A DNA stretch of 64,000 nt from Octopus sinensis (Eukaryota), in NCBI RefSeq assembly GCF_006345805.1, contig NC_043001.1:90210001-90274000 (forward strand), in the 5' to 3' direction. Position 1 is the first letter of the stretch; each line of letters begins with the position of its first letter. The notes below the pieces were generated by a model, which saw only the letters and a program-made list of their open reading frames with translations, searched no databases and had not been told where the DNA came from. The position numbers and the translations under genes were made by a program. Positions 1 through 13,942 of the stretch are shown piece by piece.

Positions 1-60
1 TGGGCAGTTGAGTTTTCAATACTCTGCATAATTTTTCTTTCGCTTCCAGACCATTATGTC

Positions 61-289
61 GTGTTTCACCATTTGGCTATTTGCATCCTCTGCAGTGAGT
101 GTTCCAAGTGCAATTGGATGCAGTGGATGTTTCAAGTACAATAAAGCATTCCCTCAAGGGGATGCTATATTCCATTATGTCACATTGATCATAATAAAGT
201 GTTTCCCTGATAAACTGCTGTGGTTTAGCATTCAATTGTGCCTGGAACATCCACTGCAGAGGATGCAAATAACCACAACGGTGAAACAT
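61..289. repeat. Imperfect inverted repeat, ~60-bp arms (61-121 vs 229-289), MITE-like
   Basis: Reverse complement of 61-121 (GCATCCAATTGCACTTGGAACACTCACTGCAGAGGATGCAAATAGCCAAATGGTGAAACAC) aligns to 229-289 (GCATTCAATTGTGCCTGGAACATCCACTGCAGAGGATGCAAATAACCACAACGGTGAAACA). Confidence 0.75.
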
Positions 290-721
290 ATGAAAGGAAC
301 AAATGATATAAACTTGTGTTTATCATAATTTCTCCTATATTTCCTCAGTATTTCAACCAGTAATGCTGCTAAGTAGCGTAGTAACCATATCACTATGCTA
401 GAAATTGACTTGGCAATGATATTCTACGGGGATCTCTAAACTCATAAATAGCAGTCGTACACGTAACTGTACACGCATGTTTTCCGTCTACCTCTCTCTC
501 TCACTCTCTGTATTTATTATATAAGTGTGTACACACACACACACACATATATATATATGTAATGTGTATATAGACACGTATGTGTCTATATAAGCGTGTA
601 ACTGTATGTATCTGCATTTGTAAGTATGTATATATGCATATAATTGTATGTATATATGTGCATGTATGTAGGTATGTTTTAATGCAAGAATATAAGTATA
701 TCTATACATGTGTATGAATGA

Positions 722-779
<58 letters not shown>

Positions 780-1815
780 GTGTATGTGTGTGTGTGTGTG
801 TTCGTATCTATCCATGCTTATATATATCTATTCACGTCATTTCAATATATACATATTTAAATAATTTTAAGGTATCTGTTCGTTTAATCAAGCTGAAATC
901 TCACTCTCTCTCTCTCACACACACACACACACCACACACACACACACAGACTCACACACACCACACACTCACTCCAACACAGACATAACACAGAATGATA
1001 AATACAACATAATTCGTGCAGCAAATTTTAATTCACGATACGAGAGCTCGGTGGTTTCGTCTCAAAACAAGCAGACATTGTGACATGGACAGACAAGTAA
1101 ACGGCGAGTTAGTTACACGCCACATAGCATCATATTGTTCTTTGTTAATAATAATACAATAAAAAGGAAGATAAAAATGTAATATTAGAGAAAGATTTAA
1201 AAGTATTTCTTTTCTAATCAACTCACATCGAATTAGCCTCAAAGTGGATTAACGGATAATCCCAGGTCGACTGAAAATTTAACCTTGAGCAACAAAAGTC
1301 AAACTAACTTTATTTGTATTGTTTCTCTTGTGAATAGAGCAACTGCAGTAGATGGATGGACAGACAGACTGTGAGATAGGAGGAAAGAAAGGAAGAAAGG
1401 AAAATAAAGAAGTGGGGGAGATAGAGTATGACGGGAGAGAGGAACAATAAACTAATTATAGGAAGCTAGATTGATTAAGTGTATGTGTGGTGGGTGATTG
1501 GTTTGGGGGAGAAACAAATTATTGAACCTGAAGGCAAGAACTGTAGGCAAAATATTAAAAAGAAAGAACAAAGAGCACACACACACACACTCACCCCCAC
1601 ACACAAAGATAGAGAAAGATGGAGCAGAGAGTGGGGGAGAGAGGAGGGAAAGAGAGGGAGAGAGAAAGGAAACAGAATGGTGTTAGAGAGAAAGTAAGTA
1701 TTTTAAGAGTGAGTAGAAATTAAGAGGGAGAATTACGAAGAAAGGTAGAGAGTGAGTGATATACGTAGAGTTTGAGTGCCATTGGTTGATGGTAATAATG
1801 ATGATGATGATGGTG

Positions 1816-1879
<64 letters not shown>

Positions 1880-2458
1880 TTGTATGTGTGTACATATATA
1901 TGTTTGTGTGTGTGAAGAGAGAGAGAAAGAGTGAGAGTGAGATAGAGAGTGGACGTGGAAGAGAGGGAAACGGAGAGAAAAGAAAGAGAAAGAGTGAGAG
2001 AAATTGACGGAGCAAAGTAGAGAGCAATTAAAGATGGTGGTGTAAAAGATACACAAGGACGTAATATTAGACAACATGGAGAATATATAGAAAGTAGCCG
2101 CATATATGTTTATTTCCTTTTAGTGATGGAAAATGCAGTATTGAACGGTATATCTATGAGTGGTGATGGTAGGACTAAAGGTGGGGGGGTTAAGCAGATT
2201 GTGTTTTTAGCAGATCGAAAAAGTCAACGTGAAAGCCAATAAGAAGCGTATATTTTTTGGGAGTCGATTCCATATTATTCTTTGTTGATTTTGATTTCAG
2301 TCGTCCCGAGGGTGGATGAAACAAGTACCCACCAAGTAGTGGGATGGATTTAATCACCTGTTCTTTCTTCCCCTCACAAATCTGTGAATTGTACCGAAGT
2401 CAGAAATCAATATATCTCACCCTTCTGCCCTTCCAGTTATTTTGTTGCCCTGTAGAGT

Positions 2459-2459
<1 letters not shown>

Positions 2460-2492
<33 letters not shown>

Positions 2493-2720
2493 GTGTGTGT
2501 GTATGAGTGTGTATGTGTGTGTGTGAGCGTGTGTACGTTTACTTATGTGTATGATTGTATGTGTAAGTTTATATGTATACGCATATGTGTATGTGTATGT
2601 ATATTTATGTATTTGTATATTCAGGTGTGCATATCTGTAGGTATATGTGTGTATGTATGTATGCTTGTATGTATCTATGTGTATACATGTGTGTGTAGTG
2701 TGTGCATATGTATATGTATG

Positions 2721-2752
<32 letters not shown>

Positions 2753-2787
2753 TGTATGTATGTATGTATGTATGTATGTATGTAGTA

Positions 2788-2833
<46 letters not shown>

Positions 2834-2870
2834 GTGTGTGTGTGTGTGTGTGTGTCTCTGTGTCTGTGTG
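2460..2870. repeat. Compound (GT)n/(TATG)n microsatellite
   Basis: Direct reading; representative of dozens of such tracts in the window. Confidence 0.95.
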
Positions 2871-2961
2871 TATCAAAGATGCCAATAAAGTAGAAAAGCA
2901 TAAAAACCAGAATCATCAGAATCGATGAATCAGAAAGCCTCTTTCATTCTTTATTTCATAA

Positions 2962-3140
2962 CAGTGAGTAAACCAAGAAGAGTATTGATAAGCGGTTTAG
3001 TTCAAAACCACGTAGTTCCTCGTTCGATCCCACTATACGCCACTTTAGGCAAATAACTCCTACCATAGTCTTGGGCTTACCAAACCAATATGTCCTGAGT
3101 GGAAACTGAAAACGAAAACTGCCCGGAAACCCGCAGCATA
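2962..3140 (+). mobile_element. Degenerate 5' half of tRNA-derived SINE (family A, same as 11431)
   Basis: Similarity to the copy at 11431 (GTTCGATCCCAC box B-like motif, GGAAACTGAAA). Confidence 0.55.
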
Positions 3141-3238
3141 TACGTATGTATGCATGTATGTATGTGTATGTATGTATGTATGTAGTATGTATGTATGTAT
3201 GTATGTATGCATTATGTACGCATATATATGTATATGCG

Positions 3239-3269
<31 letters not shown>

Positions 3270-3270
3270 T

Positions 3271-3480
3271 ACGGAGATGTACTTGCATAGCAAGTGACCT
3301 GATCTGAGACCGTGTGCTGGAACGAAAACAATTGCATCGTGGAAGGTGTTTAGCAGCCATTTAAAACACACAAAAACCGTTAGATTCACTTCAAAATTTA
3401 AATTTAATTTGCGAACATATTTTCGTCGCCTTGAGACCGCGACCTGTTCACTGACAAAATTCCGTGCTGCATCTGAGAAA
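3271..3480. repeat. Short interspersed repeat embedded between microsatellites
   Basis: Complex ~210-bp island between (TA)n and (TATG)n; recalled as a common octopod repeat, not verified. Confidence 0.45.
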
Positions 3481-3708
3481 GTAACAGTTAGTTCATGATA
3501 TATATGTACGTACGTACGTATGCATGTATGTATGTATGTATGTATGTATGTATGTATATATGTATGTATGCATGTATGTATGTATGTATGTATGTATGTA
3601 TGTATGTATGTATGTATGTATGTAGGTATTATGTATGTATGTATGTATGTATGTATGTATGTATGTATGTATGTATGTATGTATGTATGCATGCATGCTG
3701 CAGACTGT

Positions 3709-3813
3709 CCTTGTGGCAGTCTACAGCAAGCTGATAGAAGATGGAGCTTGGAGATAGATTTGAAAAGAAACCAAACTCCATCTTCTATCAGTATGCTGTA
3801 GACTGCCACAAGG
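3709..3813. other. 105-nt hairpin, 43-bp arms with 3 differences and a 19-nt loop
   Basis: CCTTGTGGCAGTCTACAGCAAGCTGATAGAAGATGGAGCTTGG (3709-3751) vs reverse complement of 3771-3813. Confidence 0.9.
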
Positions 3814-6800
3814 GCTCCTTAGGGAAACTTAAGTTAAACATCTCATCCACACATCCCACTGATGCAATGCTGAAACAAGTCACTGAAGCTGACTGTATAC
3901 AAGAATATTATTATATTCATCCTACATTATATTGGTATATCTTGATGCAACCCCGAAAAACTGCCCCTGAATTAACGTATAAGTGCATGTGCATTCCACA
4001 GTCAGGTGTACTATTAATGCAGTCTCAAGCAGTATCAGCATGACACAGAATGTGACAACACTATGTAATCGTTTTGAATCATGGAAACAATCGCCACCGA
4101 GAGGCTCGCATACAGTTTTTCGTCTACTCGTCTACTCAATTTCATTCACAAAGAAAAAATAATACAAGTCTCAAGTCTAAAATATTACGCAGTGGGATAG
4201 ATCTCAGGGTTTAGTAATTGCGAAGCAAATTTCTTAACCATTCAGCCATTGTGAAACTACCGGTGAAGCTGTAAATAGACGACAGATCATAAATTCAGCT
4301 CGCAGTATATTTACCTTTATTATTTGTTGTTCAAATCTCACTGCTTTGATTAAATATTTATTTATCCGATGTACTCGAGCGATAAATAATTCAATTCACT
4401 GACCTTCGACAAACTTCTGTATCAGTATGTGAGTAAAATTATTGATCTTTTTCCCAGAAAATCCTATTCCCATTTTGGAACCTTACAACTACACCGAGAT
4501 ATTGCTTGCATGCATACATACATACATACATGTATACATACATACATACATACATACATACATACATACATACATACATACATACATACATACCTGCATA
4601 CATATATACATACATACGTACGTACGCATCACGCACGCACGTACTTACATACATACAAACATACATACAGGCATACACACATACATACATACATACATAC
4701 ATACATACATACATGCATACATACACACAATCAAACATGTATATGTATGTATCTGTGTATGCATATGTATTCTTATATGTATATGTTTGTCTGTATGAAT
4801 GTATATATGTATGTGTGTATGTATATGTATATGTATATATATGTATATATGTACATATTTATCCAGAACTGTAGATAGTCTGGCCAATTATCTACATACT
4901 ACCGATCTGCCCAATCAAACCAACCTCGAATTCAACATCATGAACCACGGCTACAAGAGCAACAAGAACATCGACAGCAGCAGCGGCGGCAGCAGTAGCA
5001 GCAGCAGCAGCAACAGTAACAACGACAGTAGAAAAGAATAACTGAACCAATTTAGAAGAAATTGTTCTGTCCAGAAAAGTAATGAAAATATCGATATAAA
5101 TTCGAGCCCAAGAACCCATGTGCTGGTAGCCCAATACCTTATCTCCTCAGCCATATTACTGTCAGTTGACCTTCCAGAAATGGTAGTTAAGTCTTGCTTC
5201 AAATCACATCTCATACACGACCGTTTTCGAAGGGCAAGAACACAGTGGATTATGCAGTCCTAGATATGATATGGCTGAAAAACAATAAGTTCGGAATGGC
5301 CACGAGTGAAATGCTTCTTGATCGTAAATCTGCTAGATTAGAGCTAAAATCAGCAATATTTAACAAATACTAAATTAAAAAAATGTCCGAAAGAAGTTCA
5401 TGAGTCCATGTATTTCTAATTCAACGAATACATAACTAAAATGAGGATATCCAAAGTATTTCCAAGTCCGAATGGGTCAAGCATGTTAGAGATGGCTAAA
5501 ACGGACTCTAATTAGGGAATAACAAAAACAACGAGCCAATTGTATCACGTGTTAGATGCACTAAAAAAAATATAGCCTGGTATCTCTCGCGAGACAGTTT
5601 CGTACCCCGGACTAAAAGAAACTATTATAAGTCATCTACAAAATGTACCAACTGAGCCATCGCAATAAAAACTTCTTTTCATTCTCCTTAATGGAAGTGA
5701 TTAACTGGTTTTAAAAATTGCTGCTCAGTTATTAATTTACTCTCCGCCGGGGGCAAAAGTAATTTTTTTTAAGATAAATCTGGTTAACTCCTCCATATTC
5801 AAACTTCTCAAGTCTAATGTAGATCTAATTTATTTAAGTATTACAGCCTAATTGAACATTTGTCGGATCTACATTACTTTTAATCCTTACTTGGATAAAC
5901 TATTTCCCTCCCCATAAAGTCTTGTTTTGTGAAATCATGATGTATTAAGTATATTCCGTCTGTACCAGGGACTTTCAAGAGTTAAGCTTTCCTTGTCAGA
6001 TTGAGACATAAAACAGATCTTGTTGGCTAGATTGCTACAATTATTCTCGAAGAATATTTACAGAATATCAGTTTGTTTACAAACATAGGATGGCACTAGC
6101 TGTAATATTACATCTCAAAGAATCTTCTCAAAGCGAAACACAGGACTTCGTAATAGAATAGAACGCCAGTGGATCGCCAAACACAGAGTTTTGACCTGAT
6201 TTGGTCTCCTCAGTGACGATAAACAAACGTTTTGAGCGATGCCCTGTGTTTTTATCTCATTGAGAAGTTTCTCTAAGACAAAATATTACAAGTTTGTATA
6301 TATGCTATAAACGTGTATATATACACATCGGTATTTTAGTCTAAGGCTGTTTCAATCACGTATATTAATTTTACGGAATAAAAAATAACATATGTTTTTG
6401 GTTATAAAATTGTACGGACACCAGCCGAAACATTACCGCAGTATTATTGCATGATACCCCTAATCTAGAAAATGATGGCCATTCGCACATAAAACCCCGA
6501 TCATAATCATATTGAGGGACGTATTTAAAGACCCTGAAGGTTAACACATACACAGTTTTAAATTATTTCAATTAAAAAAAAAATCTCTTTTACTTGATTT
6601 CCTGCCATGAAACGAGCGAATCTTCCATCTTTGGTAACATTGCATTTTTAAAATTAAATTCATCTACCATTTCAAACGGTGGACACGGCAGAAATAGTGT
6701 TCTCTTGTCGAACTGTCTTAATGTATTTTATTTTACTCATTCAGCTTTCATTTTGGAAGCAACATTTTACAACTGAGTGTCAGCTTTTCCAGTTCTGTTG

Positions 6801-6927
6801 TGTTTCCAACTGTATGAGTCTGTCGTAATGTTACATTTTACCATTTCTAATATCAAATGTAAGATTTGTTTTTAATGTGATCTTATGACAAAAAACAATC
6901 AGGAGGTTTCATTTCTGTTCTTCTCTA

Positions 6928-7014
<87 letters not shown>

Positions 7015-7083
7015 GTCAAACCTACTTATCTATATGTGTTTGTGAGTATCTGTGTATCTGTATGCACAAATACAGACGTGTGC

Positions 7084-7121
<38 letters not shown>

Positions 7122-8422
7122 TATGACTGCGCGCACATGCACACACACGTGCGCACACACACGGACGCACGCGTGCACGCAAACACGCACTCACAAATAT
7201 GTATGTAGGAAGAGAGAAGGAGAAAGGGAATATTGAATTATAAGAATATAATTTTTCTCTATTAATAATTATAATTTATCAACATTTTCTAAATTTCAAA
7301 ATATGGAAAGACATGCAACACCAGCCACAGCAGAAAACTGCCAACACAGGAAATCAAAGCCAAGGGGACACATGGCCTGAGCTATTTTCAGATTTGCATC
7401 CAGGTAGTCTTACGAATAATTAGCTCTAAGAATATACATTAGATTAGTTGGGTGGATATAGTCAGTCCGTTGTGTTGGGCATTACGAGTTGGTATCTTAG
7501 TGCAACTACTGTGTTGTGTCGTTGGACAGAATATTTCACATCATTCTACTATTATTGTTGGATTATGTAAGAAAAATTAGCAATTCTAGTGATGATTCAG
7601 AAGTATGTGGATGATCTTTGCCGTTCAGCGATGCAGATGAAGTGAATTGCTTGATCCTGAGTTAACGTGTATTCAACAGACACATATACCCTAACACAGT
7701 GACACAATGTGTGACAAGGCTGTGGTTTTTGGATTATAAGTATAATCCATTCTATGGGATTCCGTAGTTTCCTTCTACCCAATTTCACTCATAACTTTTG
7801 GGTTGATAGGAGACTATAGAAAATGATTTTTAAAGCTACCACGTTCTGAGATCGAACCCGAGACGTCGTCGTTTCGAAGCAGACTTTTCGACATCAGTCT
7901 TTTGAACGTACTGCGCATATAGGTTTATATGAATTAGCAACTATTTTATAAAGCGTTTTATAATTTCATTTGGTATGATCATTGTTATACGTTAAAAATG
8001 CAATGAAAAAGATAAAAAAATGTTACGAACAAACACACACGTACCATGCACACACACACGTAGTACCCATATTTATTTTCGTGTATTATGTATGCATATG
8101 TATGTGTGCATACGTGAGTGTATATTCTGAGAACGTGTGATAGAAAATTATAAAAAAATAAAATAGAATCACTCGCTTATCCTTACTAACAGCTGCCTTC
8201 TACTACTACTAATGTATTAGCTTAAGAGAACTTGTGATTGTTGGTGACATGCTAACAAAATTAGCAGGATTAATGACACATCAACTCCACTTCCAATAAT
8301 AATGATTTCAATTAAAAAATAGATTGATCAACAAAAATATAAAAACAAAATACACGAGAGTGAGCGGTGTTAATGGAGAAATTAAATTACACTATTAATA
8401 TAATGCATAAATGCGTTGCTGT

Positions 8423-8590
8423 GAAGGAGCGTAGCCAAGCCGTTAGGGTTGTTAGACGCTCGATCGCATTGTCGTAGTCTCAATTCCTGAAAGCAGACAT
8501 TGCGTGTTATGTCCTTGAGCAGGGCACTTTATTTTATATTACTCCAGTCTACTTGGCTGAAAATGAGTACCAGCTGACAGTTGGTGCACC
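8423..8590 (+). mobile_element. Degenerate tRNA-derived SINE (family C, like 22492)
   Basis: tRNA-like head followed by GTCCTTGAGCAGGGCACTTTATTTT, matching the 22492 copy. Confidence 0.65.
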
Positions 8591-9434
8591 TCACTCCTTT
8601 CCGTTCTTAAGAGTGACAGAGCCGAGAGGGTTCATTTGTTTGTGTTATTCGATTAAATCAATTGACCAGGTCATCCGTGTTGATTACTGTTGGCTGAGTT
8701 TTAAGGCATATTACTTCCAGGAATGAGAAATAATTTGTAACTCCAAAGCAATATATATAATATAGAGGACAGTTAAATTCCAAACCACTATTAGGGATAA
8801 AATTTCGAAGGGAATGAAAAATAAAAACATTTTCCATCTAACTCCAACTTCTCTTTATAGAGTATATAGAAGCTACTTCCGTCTTTAGAAAAGTAATGGT
8901 ATGTCACCTTCCTCTCCACCATTTCTTATATAAATTCGCCAGGCAGTGGGGTATTCACTTTTGTGACGTACTTGAACATACCCTCGCTTTTCTGAGTCGA
9001 AACTATATTGAGGAACCCCTTTTAATCCATAACATTTGCAGAAAATGAGTACCTTAGTTATTGCCGTTTCGGTTTGCAGCTTTGCTCTTCAAACTGTGGC
9101 TATGTTTAATACTATGACTGTTTAATTATCCCTTTCTGTTTACTTTTAACGTTTTTTTTTTCTGTTACCATTGTTTTTACATCTGGAGAGGTGTCTTCGC
9201 TGCTACCACCTTTATTACTAACACCTTCTCCCGCTACATCATAGGAGGCTCATTAGAACCTCTGTAAACAAACATAATTGGACGTTTGGAAAACTATATT
9301 CGCATAAAATAAATATCTAAGGATGGACCTTTACTCTTTCAAGTAATGAAATTGATATTTAAATATTCAAAAATCTTCGGTAATGATCAATATTTTGAAG
9401 ATGGCGTATATTAAAAATAACCCACGTTTAACCA

Positions 9435-9602
9435 TTGACCCTTTTGATATTAAACCGTCTAACACCACCCCTGGTTCTATGATACAAACTTCCTAGTTTA
9501 AAATGATCTAAATAAAAATTTTCCATCAAAATTTCATATTTTCAAAATTAATTGGTACAAAGTCAGTGTGTTTCAGCTGATATGCGGTTATGAAAGGATT
9601 AA
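9435..9602. mobile_element. piggyBac-type MITE, degenerate
   Basis: Ends TTGACCCTTTTGAT ... ATGAAAGGATTAA resemble TTAA-CCCTTT terminal inverted repeats. Confidence 0.55.
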
Positions 9603-10123
9603 GTACTTGTAACTAGAAACAAAGCAACTGTTTGTGTTGGTTTTTCAATTACAAACTTTCATTTTATATATGCAACGTATGTTTCCGTTTTGTTGATGGA
9701 AGTGTAAATCATAAATAACCAACTCCTCAGAACATAAAGAGCAATGTGTCCAACTTAGAAGGTGTGATAGTCAGTGTTATCATATACAACTCCATGATTT
9801 CGATGGTCTAAATATTATGTATTGTTGAAAACTGACAAAACAAGAACAGAAACAAAGCAAAATGTGATTAGAATAACCACAAGAAGAAGCATTAAACATC
9901 CTGTTCTTTTCATTCAATATCAAAATGAATATCTTGGTTCCTTTTTGAAATCAATAAGTACTTCATTAATGATCGTTTGTCTTTCGTGATACATGCATGC
10001 TTCTGTTGCTGTCTTTCTGCCTACATTTTCTGTACTTGCAACATTCCAATAACATATTGCTTTCTCAAACAGAACCATCACATTCTTCTATTTATTAGTT
10101 TAAGAATGAAAGCAACTTTCTGC

Positions 10124-10500
<377 letters not shown>

Positions 10501-11170
10501 TGCGCTCTTTATCTCTTCTTTTTATTTTCTCTTCCTCTCTTCCTTTGTTTCCATTGTGTTGAACACTTATTGAATTATTCATTCATATTCTATTTTCAAT
10601 AATATTTTCCCGATGTTCTTTCTCCCTTCCCTCAAAGAATTGATTACATTGCAACTAAAATCACATTACCAACTGCAGAATGATGAAGTCAATACCAGAG
10701 TCTGACAGAAGCAGAAGAAAAAAATAACTAAATAAAACAAACAAAACATAAAGTAACTGTTCTAAAAATATTAACAGCGACCGACCCTCTGTTATGTATA
10801 AACGGCTGAAACTGGCAACGTACCACCACCAACATCAACGTCACGAACACTAACCCGACAAACAACAATAACAGCTGTAATAACGCAATAGAGGAAACAG
10901 TTTTTGTTTTGTTTTGTTCCTCTCTAAATGCACTAAGTTTAGTTTGGAATATAATTCTTTAAAGCTTATATTGATTTCTTACATAAGTACAATGTTTTAG
11001 ATTTACAGCATAATGCAAATAAGATGATATGACGTTCGCATTTTTCTCAACAGCTTTAGTAACCCAGGTGAATTAACTGCAGCGGGGAAAAGAAACTGGG
11101 TCGTAAACTTAGCTCACCAAAAGCGGATGCATACGTGCATACATATATACATGTATATATACATACATGA

Positions 11171-11314
<144 letters not shown>

Positions 11315-11430
11315 AGAGATTGCTTACTTTATAGGGATTTAGAAATTCGAGACATACGAAATAAATCGTTTTAACAGTGGAACTAGGAGATAAAGTTATA
11401 AATAATTCTTTTAAATAATTAGTTTTATAG

Positions 11431-11591
11431 CGCAGGAGTGGCTGTGTGTTAAGTAGCTTGCTTATCAACCACATTGTTCCGAGTTCAGTCCCACTGCGTG
11501 GCACCTTGGGCAGGTGTCTTCTACTATAGCCTCGGGTCGGCCAAAGCCTTGTGAGTGGATTTGGTAGACGGTAACTGAAAGAAGTCCATCG

Positions 11592-11636
<45 letters not shown>

Positions 11637-12232
11637 GCGAGAAAGAAGCAACAAGAATGGATAGGTTTTTAGTACAATCGTTTCATACAAGGACATGCTT
11701 TATTAAAAGTTGCAAAAATTACAGCATATAAACGTGTCCCGTACTCATCAGCTAAAATACATGTGAGTTCTCTAGACATCCTAGTGGTTGAGGCTATACT
11801 CATGAAGTAATGTAGATAATTAAGTAACATAAACAGATTTCCAAAGTTCATTAAAGTTCTTTAAAGATGATGTACAGTCTTATCACTTTAAAGAACTTTA
11901 ATGAACTTTGGAAATCTGTTTATGTTACTTAATTATCTACATTACTTCATGAGTATAGCCTCAACCACTAGGATGTCTAGAGAACTCACATGTATTTTAG
12001 CTGATGAGTACGGGACACGTTTATATGCTGTAATTTTTGCAACTTTTAATAAAGCCTGTCCTTGTATGAAACGATTGTACTAAAAACCTATCCATTCTTG
12101 TTGCTTCTTTCTCGCTTATAATCACTCCACATTACTGTATTGTTAAAACAGTATAGTTTTTTTTTGGTGCATCTAAGTTAGGTACCATATTCAAGTAAAT
12201 TCATTTAAATAACTTGAATCTTTATTGCTTTT

Positions 12233-12293
<61 letters not shown>

Positions 12294-12497
12294 CTTTGTG
12301 TGCATGTGTTTGTCCCCCTAACATCGCTTGACAACTGGTGTGTTTACGTCCCCGTAACTTAGTGGTTCGGCAAAAGAGACCGATAGAATAAGCACTAGGC
12401 TTACAAAGAATAAGTCCTGGGTTGGTTTGATCGACTAAAGGCGGTGCTCCAGCATGGCCGCAGTCAAATGACTGAAACAAGTAAAAGAGTAAAAGAG
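11431..12497 (+). mobile_element. tRNA-derived SINE (family A) split by a ~600-bp insertion in its internal TA microsatellite
   Basis: 5' half GGAGTGGCTGTGTG...GAAAGAAGTCCATCG at 11431-11591; 3' half TGTTTGTCCCCC...GACTGAAACAAGTAAAAGAG at ~12300-12497; intact minus-strand paralogue at 50445. Confidence 0.85.
11637..12115. repeat. Near-perfect palindrome: 230-bp arms, 1 mismatch, 19-bp spacer
   Basis: 11637-11866 is the reverse complement of 11886-12115; the same 60-aa ORF is called on both strands. Confidence 0.97.
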
Positions 12498-12504
12498 AGT
12501 ACTA

Positions 12505-12690
12505 TTGGCACAAGGCCTAAAATTTTGGGGGAAACAGCTAGTCGATTACATCTATCACAGTGCTTTATTTTATTGCTCCCCGAAAGGATGAAAGGCAATG
12601 CCGACCACGACGGAATTTGAAAGACAGAAGAAGAAATGACACTAAGTATTGTGTTGAGCGTGTTAACGATTCTCTCAACTCACCACCTTC
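12505..12690 (-). mobile_element. tRNA-derived SINE (family B), degenerate
   Basis: CCCGAAAGGATGAAAGGCAA...CGGAATTTGA is the reverse complement of the family B core seen at 37536. Confidence 0.75.
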
Positions 12691-12715
12691 ATGAAGTTAT
12701 AATATCGTGTAGAAT

Positions 12716-12882
12716 ATCCTCGTCTGTCTTTACGTTCTGAATTCAAATTCCGCCGAGGTCGACTTTGCCTTTCATCCTTTCGGAGTCGATAAATTAAGTA
12801 ACAGTTGCGTACTGGGATCGATCTAATCTACTGCTCCCCCCACTAACAATTTCGGGCCTTGTGTCTAGAATAGAAAAGAATA
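12716..12882 (+). mobile_element. tRNA-derived SINE (family B), 5'-truncated
   Basis: TACGTTCTGAATTCAAATTCCGCCGAGGTCGACTTTGCCTTTCATCC core. Confidence 0.85.
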
Positions 12883-13906
12883 TCGTGTAGAATATTATAT
12901 TATTGTATATATATATATATATATATATATGAACAAATCATCAGTGCTGCTTGTTTACCAAGAAGCCGAAAGACACTAATTTGTCAATAATCCGTGTTCC
13001 CGGTCTTTCAGCTGATAATACAAACTTGATGGATTTTGAATTAGCTTTTGTTGAACATATTTTGAAATGTTATACAAAAATTGTCTCGAAAACGCTTATT
13101 AATGTGACGTAATAAAGTTCAGAAACTTTGAGAAAGTGAAATATTTTTTTTTCTAGACCGGTGAACTTCGAAGTAAATATAGCTATAAATAATAGTGTCT
13201 AAATATTGAGTTAAAAGCCACTTTGGATAGGAAAGGCGGCAGGCCGTCAAACCTATATCTCCTGCAAATATGACAGGCTATCCACCATTAGAGGAAAGCT
13301 ATCCACCATTAGACGAATTTATTTCACATCAGAACCTTTATTCTTACCAGCGAGCATTGCGTGTTGTTGACGTCATAAGAATTAAGAAACTTTGGTTTTA
13401 TGTCGGTCTCTGTCGACAGTGGGAGTCTCAGCGTCGAATACTTGACGAAAGTTTAATATTTATAGTATTATTTTCCTTCTTTTCGGGACCCAATGCACTC
13501 ATCTACGCATTTCCATATTTCTCTGTCTTTCTAACTCTCTCTCTCTTTCTCTCTCTTTCTCTCTCTTTCGCTCTCTCTCCTTCTCTCTCCCTCTCTCATT
13601 ACATGCACGCACGCGCGCGCACACATATACGCAGCGGCAGGAGTGTATGTGAGTTTGTATACACACACATATATATGCACATACATATATATGTATACAT
13701 AAGAACTGATAACAGTATTAATGATATTTTACATAATCAATTTGCATGAGTGTGGCGTGTATGTGTGAATGTGTATGTGTATGTGTACGTGTGAATATAT
13801 ATGTAGCAAGCCCCCTTCAATATCTGTATGTATGCATGTGTATATGTGTGCATATACTCCGTATGTATATGTGTGTGTACATATACCTTTATGTATATGT
13901 GTACAC

Positions 13907-13942
<36 letters not shown>

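Noticed and set aside
77-289. 70-aa minus-strand ORF as a host exon
   Set aside because: It overlaps the inverted repeat and no family motif was recognised
3395-3470. Hammerhead-like topology on the minus strand (GTCGC/GCGAC stem followed by GAAA)
   Set aside because: The 5' core is AGTGAACAG, not CUGANGA or a known variant
12001-12030. CTGATGAGTACGGGACACGT as a hammerhead (mirrored at ~11725-11753)
   Set aside because: No GAAA, no convincing stem II or stem I; at most a heavily decayed motif
11669-12083. Identical 60-aa ORF on both strands (MNFGNLF...)
   Set aside because: By-product of the palindrome; no recognisable domain
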